Positions 60,451 to 64,000 of a stretch of 64,000 nt of DNA are shown in pieces; the first letter of the stretch is position 1, and every line of letters begins with the position of its first letter. Source of the stretch: a candidate division FCPU426 bacterium (GTDB lineage: Bacteria > Oederibacteriota > Muellerivitia > Muellerivitales > Muellerivitaceae); contig CAWHOE010000045.1 of NCBI GenBank assembly GCA_963830915.1, positions 1-64,000 of the forward strand. The letters run 5' to 3'. Both the position numbers and the translations under genes were made by a program. The notes beneath the pieces are model-generated. The model was not told the origin of the DNA. It saw only the letters and a program-made list of their open reading frames with translations, and searched no databases.

Positions 60451-60490
60451 TCAGATAAGCCGTATTAAAACATTACTATCGGAGGCCCTT

Positions 60491-62494
60491 ATGCCAGTTG
60501 CCGAGTTAGTCCGTATCCCCCTCAAGCAGATCCGTCCCAACCCCCGCAACCCCCGCCGAATCATCCGGGAAGACATGGTCGAGGCCCGGGCGGCAAGCAT
60601 GTCCGCCACCGGTCAGGCAACCCCCATCAAGGTCAGGCCCCTCACCCCCGAGGAATTGGCCCAGGAGCCGGATAAGGAAATCCGGTATGAGATCGTGGGT
60701 GGGGAGATCCGCTACCGGGGGGCCCTCAAGGCCGGGCTGACCGAGATAGACGCCCTGGTGAGGCCCATCAGCGCCCAGGAAGCCCTGAAAGAAGCTATCC
60801 AAGACAATATCGGGTTCCAACCGACTTGGTTTGAGACCTACCTGGCGATTGAGGATTTATTTAACGCTGAAAAGAAAGTGATGCCTAAACAAGAGATAGC
60901 TGATCTTTTTGAGGTTCAACCAGCCATGGTCAGCCGAGCATTAAGGCTTATGCCTCTTTTAACCGATGTGTCCCGGGAACTCATTCTTGCACAATGCAAG
61001 AAATCCGAAGATTCTTGGCAAATAACAGAGCGGCCGGCCTTTCAATTAGCCGACTTAGAGGATGCTTCGGCTATCGAAAAGGCTCTCCCGGTCGTTCTGG
61101 ACAGGCGGATGACGGAAGCCCAGGTGAAGGGTCTGGTAGCCCATATCCAGGGGGGAGGGGATCCGGCCCAGTTCGAGCCAAAGGCTAAGGACAGTAAGGG
61201 ACGGGTTCCTTCCCAGGAACCTCACCAGCCAGTTAGACTCCATCACTTAGTAACCCAAAAGGCTAAGGAACTCGCTGCAAGACTTGATCAAGCCCATGCG
61301 GAAGTACCGGAAGGCGGAGGGGCCGGGAAGCCTACAAGTGGGGTTCAACCTCAGGCGGCTTCGTCTAACTCCCCAAGCCAAGGGACGGCAATGAAAGGCG
61401 CGGAGGGAGCAGTTCTGGTATTCCTTGGCGTCCTGGTTCAGTTCGCAAAGGGGGTGGCCAAGTTCCTTTGGCATTCCTACTTAAAGCATGGCCACCATTA
61501 CTGTAAGTTCCTGGCGAACCAGGTGGTGCCCATCTCAACCCACTCTTCCCATTCCAGTTCTCACAACTCGCAGAGTTTAGGGCCACTGGCGAGGAACCCC
61601 ATCGGGTTCACCGTCCACTGGGGTATCTACTTAATCCTGCTGGCTGTTTTCTACATAGTGACGTTGGGGGCGGTAGGGGTATTGATCCCGCCCCTAAAAC
61701 CCTGGTCCGGGACCCTGTTCCACCTCTTGCTGGTTCAGATGCCCCTTTGGGTGCTGTTCCAAGCCCTGCATACGCCCTGGCTGGCCGTGGTCCTGGGGGT
61801 GGGGTTGCTTTGGTTGGTCTCCAAGCTCTTCCAACCCGGTTTTTTTGGAATGGTTCTCCTCGCGGCCCTCTTGGTTGTGGCCTATCACTTCCAAGGGTAT
61901 TGGATTGGATATGTACATGAGCCAGTCATGGCGAACGGTGAGCGACCAAAGGGAGTCGAAACCGCTGCTCCGAAACCTTCTTCCGATGATACCTCTGGGA
62001 TATTGGCCTCTGGCCTTCGGCCACAAGTCGAAGGCCACGACCTGAGTGCACCAATACCTGAACAGGGTATTGGTGTCCAGGTCCCCGAAGAGCTGAAGGG
62101 AAGGGTCGCCAATGACGCCGGAATCGCCATGGCTTTCGCCGTGAACTTCTACGGGGTTACAGAGGATGTCCCCTCCGACCAGTTGAAATACATGGACGAC
62201 TATACGAATGAAAATTACACCAAGGACTTTTTCAAGGAATTCTTCCCCAAGGAAAAGTTAAAGGAGATCCGGTCTCAAAAACTGAACCTGTTCTTCCAGC
62301 CTTCCAAACCCCCGAAAGTCTTGAAGCTGGACAAGGAATCGGGTGAGTATTTGGTGGAAGGGGTCGAGACGATCGTTAGCGATAAGGGCAAAACAAAGCA
62401 AATCGTATCCGAAAGACCGGTCGGCCTGATCATTGATTTTGATGATAGACCCTCCGCGAACGGGGGCATCGTCAAAGTGACCGAGGTGAAGTAA
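60491..62494 (+). CDS. ParB/Srx N-domain + HTH + multi-TM + C-terminal VirB8/DotI-like domain (copy 2)
   Basis: GGAGG RBS; IPLKQIRPNPRNPR, TPIKV, IVGGEIRYRG, MTEAQVK.LV, ends VKVTEVK as in copy 1. Confidence 0.8.
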   Translation: MPVAELVRIPLKQIRPNPRNPRRIIREDMVEARAASMSATGQATPIKVRPLTPEELAQEPDKEIRYEIVGGEIRYRGALKAGLTEIDALVRPISAQEALKEAIQDNIGFQPTWFETYLAIEDLFNAEKKVMPKQEIADLFEVQPAMVSRALRLMPLLTDVSRELILAQCKKSEDSWQITERPAFQLADLEDASAIEKALPVVLDRRMTEAQVKGLVAHIQGGGDPAQFEPKAKDSKGRVPSQEPHQPVRLHHLVTQKAKELAARLDQAHAEVPEGGGAGKPTSGVQPQAASSNSPSQGTAMKGAEGAVLVFLGVLVQFAKGVAKFLWHSYLKHGHHYCKFLANQVVPISTHSSHSSSHNSQSLGPLARNPIGFTVHWGIYLILLAVFYIVTLGAVGVLIPPLKPWSGTLFHLLLVQMPLWVLFQALHTPWLAVVLGVGLLWLVSKLFQPGFFGMVLLAALLVVAYHFQGYWIGYVHEPVMANGERPKGVETAAPKPSSDDTSGILASGLRPQVEGHDLSAPIPEQGIGVQVPEELKGRVANDAGIAMAFAVNFYGVTEDVPSDQLKYMDDYTNENYTKDFFKEFFPKEKLKEIRSQKLNLFFQPSKPPKVLKLDKESGEYLVEGVETIVSDKGKTKQIVSERPVGLIIDFDDRPSANGGIVKVTEVK

Positions 62495-62536
62495 AAGGTG
62501 AATTAGAACTCAAATTAGCAACAAAATCGTTGATTC

Positions 62537-62570
62537 AAAGGGACGTACGACAAGGTACGTCCCTTTTGTT
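62537..62570 (+). terminator. Intrinsic terminator
   Basis: aaagggacgtac-gacaag-gtacgtccctttt. Confidence 0.8.
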
Positions 62571-62713
62571 TATAATGGGATTTGAATTTTGGGCGAGGTT
62601 TCAATAAATGGATAATGGTAGCCAGGAACCAATTTATACGAAGCATTATGAGGCTCATTTGGAAATGTGAGGTTGTTTGATGGGAATATCAAATTGGAAT
62701 TGAAGGAATAAAT

Positions 62714-63409
62714 ATGAAAATATTATTTAGATTTATTTTGATTATGTTTTTGCCGTTGTCTGTTTATGCCGCACAGGCAAAGAATTCAGCAGAATTTTTT
62801 GGATTTCATATTCCTTATAAAAGTGCTAAATGGCAGGAAACTTCATCACGTATTAATTTAAGAGATGGCATAACACAGGTATTTGAAAAGACATTTTGGT
62901 ATAAGAATCGCAAGTTAAAAATCATGAGCAAAAAAGTAGGTCCTCTACCAGTTAAGAAAGTTTATAGCGTTCATATATTGGATGACCACACCTCAATTGG
63001 ATACCACATACCTTCGAATAGAGGGATTATCACCCCGTCGGATAGTCCGATTAATCCTTATTCTCCTTCCAACATCGTCAACGGCCCTTCCAGATATAAT
63101 TTGAGAGTCGGATTGAAAAAAACGGGTGAAACTGAATTGATAAATGGTGTGCTTTGCGATGTCTATTACTGGCCCAGTGATAATGTAAGCGTGAAGGAAG
63201 TAAAAGAATGGAGAAAACCGGATGGATTTGTAATGAAGTCAGATGTTATTTATGAAAGCAAAATAGAAGTTAAGGATGAAGTTAGAAATCTGGAAACCAA
63301 CATCGAGATCCCCTCGTACACATTTGAAATTCCTACAAATGTTAAAATCGAAGATTTTGATCAACTGAAAAAAGAAGTCCTTTCTGGTAAAAAGCCGTTG
63401 CCAGATTAA
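62714..63409 (+). CDS. Secreted hypothetical protein (DUF4412/LolA-like fold possible)
   Basis: Signal peptide; GETELING..CDVY motif; AT-rich. Confidence 0.65.
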   Translation: MKILFRFILIMFLPLSVYAAQAKNSAEFFGFHIPYKSAKWQETSSRINLRDGITQVFEKTFWYKNRKLKIMSKKVGPLPVKKVYSVHILDDHTSIGYHIPSNRGIITPSDSPINPYSPSNIVNGPSRYNLRVGLKKTGETELINGVLCDVYYWPSDNVSVKEVKEWRKPDGFVMKSDVIYESKIEVKDEVRNLETNIEIPSYTFEIPTNVKIEDFDQLKKEVLSGKKPLPD

Positions 63410-63477
63410 ACAACAATTATTTTGGTAGCGCGATCAAAAACACTCGTTAGCTCCAATGTTTTTTGAGGGAATGGGAA

Positions 63478-64000
63478 ATGTTAATAAGGTTTTATATTCT
63501 TTTAAGCTTTGTTGTTATTGCTGCTTTGGCTAACCAATCCTTTGCATTCTGTGAATTCCCCGAACAAAGAGTCCAAACACAATTTTTGCAATGCGATGTG
63601 AGTTTTGTTGGGACCGCCATCTCCGAGAGGGATATCGTAAAAAAGGGAGAAGAAGACGTTATTGGCAAAGTTTATAAGTTTAAGGTGGAAATCGCATTTC
63701 CAGGGGCGAACGCTGAAAATCGCAAGTTTATTGAAGTTTATGATGAGAATGACAGCGGGAGTATGGGCTTGTATGTGGGCGGTAAATTTCTGTTATTTCT
63801 TCATGGTGATATAAATGACCGATTAAGTGGCGGTTGTGGGAATGCCATCGACTCCAAAGAACCGGCATTTGAAAAGAAAATAAATGAAGTCTACCAAGTC
63901 ATAAAAAATTATAAAGCCGGAGCGAATGGGGACATCCGCGGTTTTGTTGGGACAACCGAAGCTTCGACCAAGCATCCTTTGCCAGGTGTTCATTTTATCG
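63478..64000 (+). CDS. Partial secreted protein with TIMP/NTR-like N-terminal domain (runs off the window)
   Basis: MLIRFYILLSFVVIAALANQSFAFCEFP..DVSFVG..YKFKV..GKFLLFL..CG; not in ORF track because it has no stop. Confidence 0.65.
   Translation, partial: MLIRFYILLSFVVIAALANQSFAFCEFPEQRVQTQFLQCDVSFVGTAISERDIVKKGEEDVIGKVYKFKVEIAFPGANAENRKFIEVYDENDSGSMGLYVGGKFLLFLHGDINDRLSGGCGNAIDSKEPAFEKKINEVYQVIKNYKAGANGDIRGFVGTTEASTKHPLPGVHFI

Noticed and set aside
60398..60490. ORF-track start MISQIAISSLRSQFATS
   Set aside because: It is the translation of the palindrome array; ATG 60491 has a GGAGG RBS
63410..63477. Integron attC site between AT-rich genes
   Set aside because: No convincing RYYYAAC/GTTRRRY pairing or L boxes
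1..64000. tRNA, rRNA, known riboswitch, transposase or integrase genes
   Set aside because: None recognisable by eye; a covariance-model search would be needed to exclude small RNAs

Overview
Bacterial chromosomal window with three zones. (1) 1-24.8 kb: housekeeping genes, including a biotin cluster (bioF, bioD, bioA) broken up by accessory genes, rimO-pgsA-pgpA-cinA-thpR, an M24 peptidase, a SirB1-like gene, a TPR-PBP fusion, rmuC and an MBL/cNMP phosphodiesterase-like gene. (2) 25.0-54.4 kb: a co-oriented array of eight large secreted modular proteins (2x GH5, 2x expansin-like, GH9, GH116+2 malectin, 2x DUF11/lectin-like). Each has a signal peptide, mostly Cys-bracketed modules, a Thr-alternating stalk and a conserved T9SS-CTD/FlgD-like C-terminal domain. 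Three near-identical sigma54-type promoters and LacI-like operator candidates lie in the spacers. It looks like a dockerin-free, possibly surface-displayed cellulolytic system. (3) 54.7-64 kb: an oxidoreductase, two toxin-antitoxin pairs, secreted hypotheticals and a second copy of an unusual ParB-HTH-TM-VirB8/DotI-like fusion (first copy at 6.3-8.2 kb), preceded by an array of palindromes. At least four families of small palindromic elements are scattered through the window. Some are nested inside each other and some lie in-frame inside genes. Two genes appear to start at ATT. All family calls come from motif recognition by eye, with no database searches. The architecture is reminiscent of FCPU426/Goldbacteria-type candidate lineages, but that is a recollection and not shown by the sequence.
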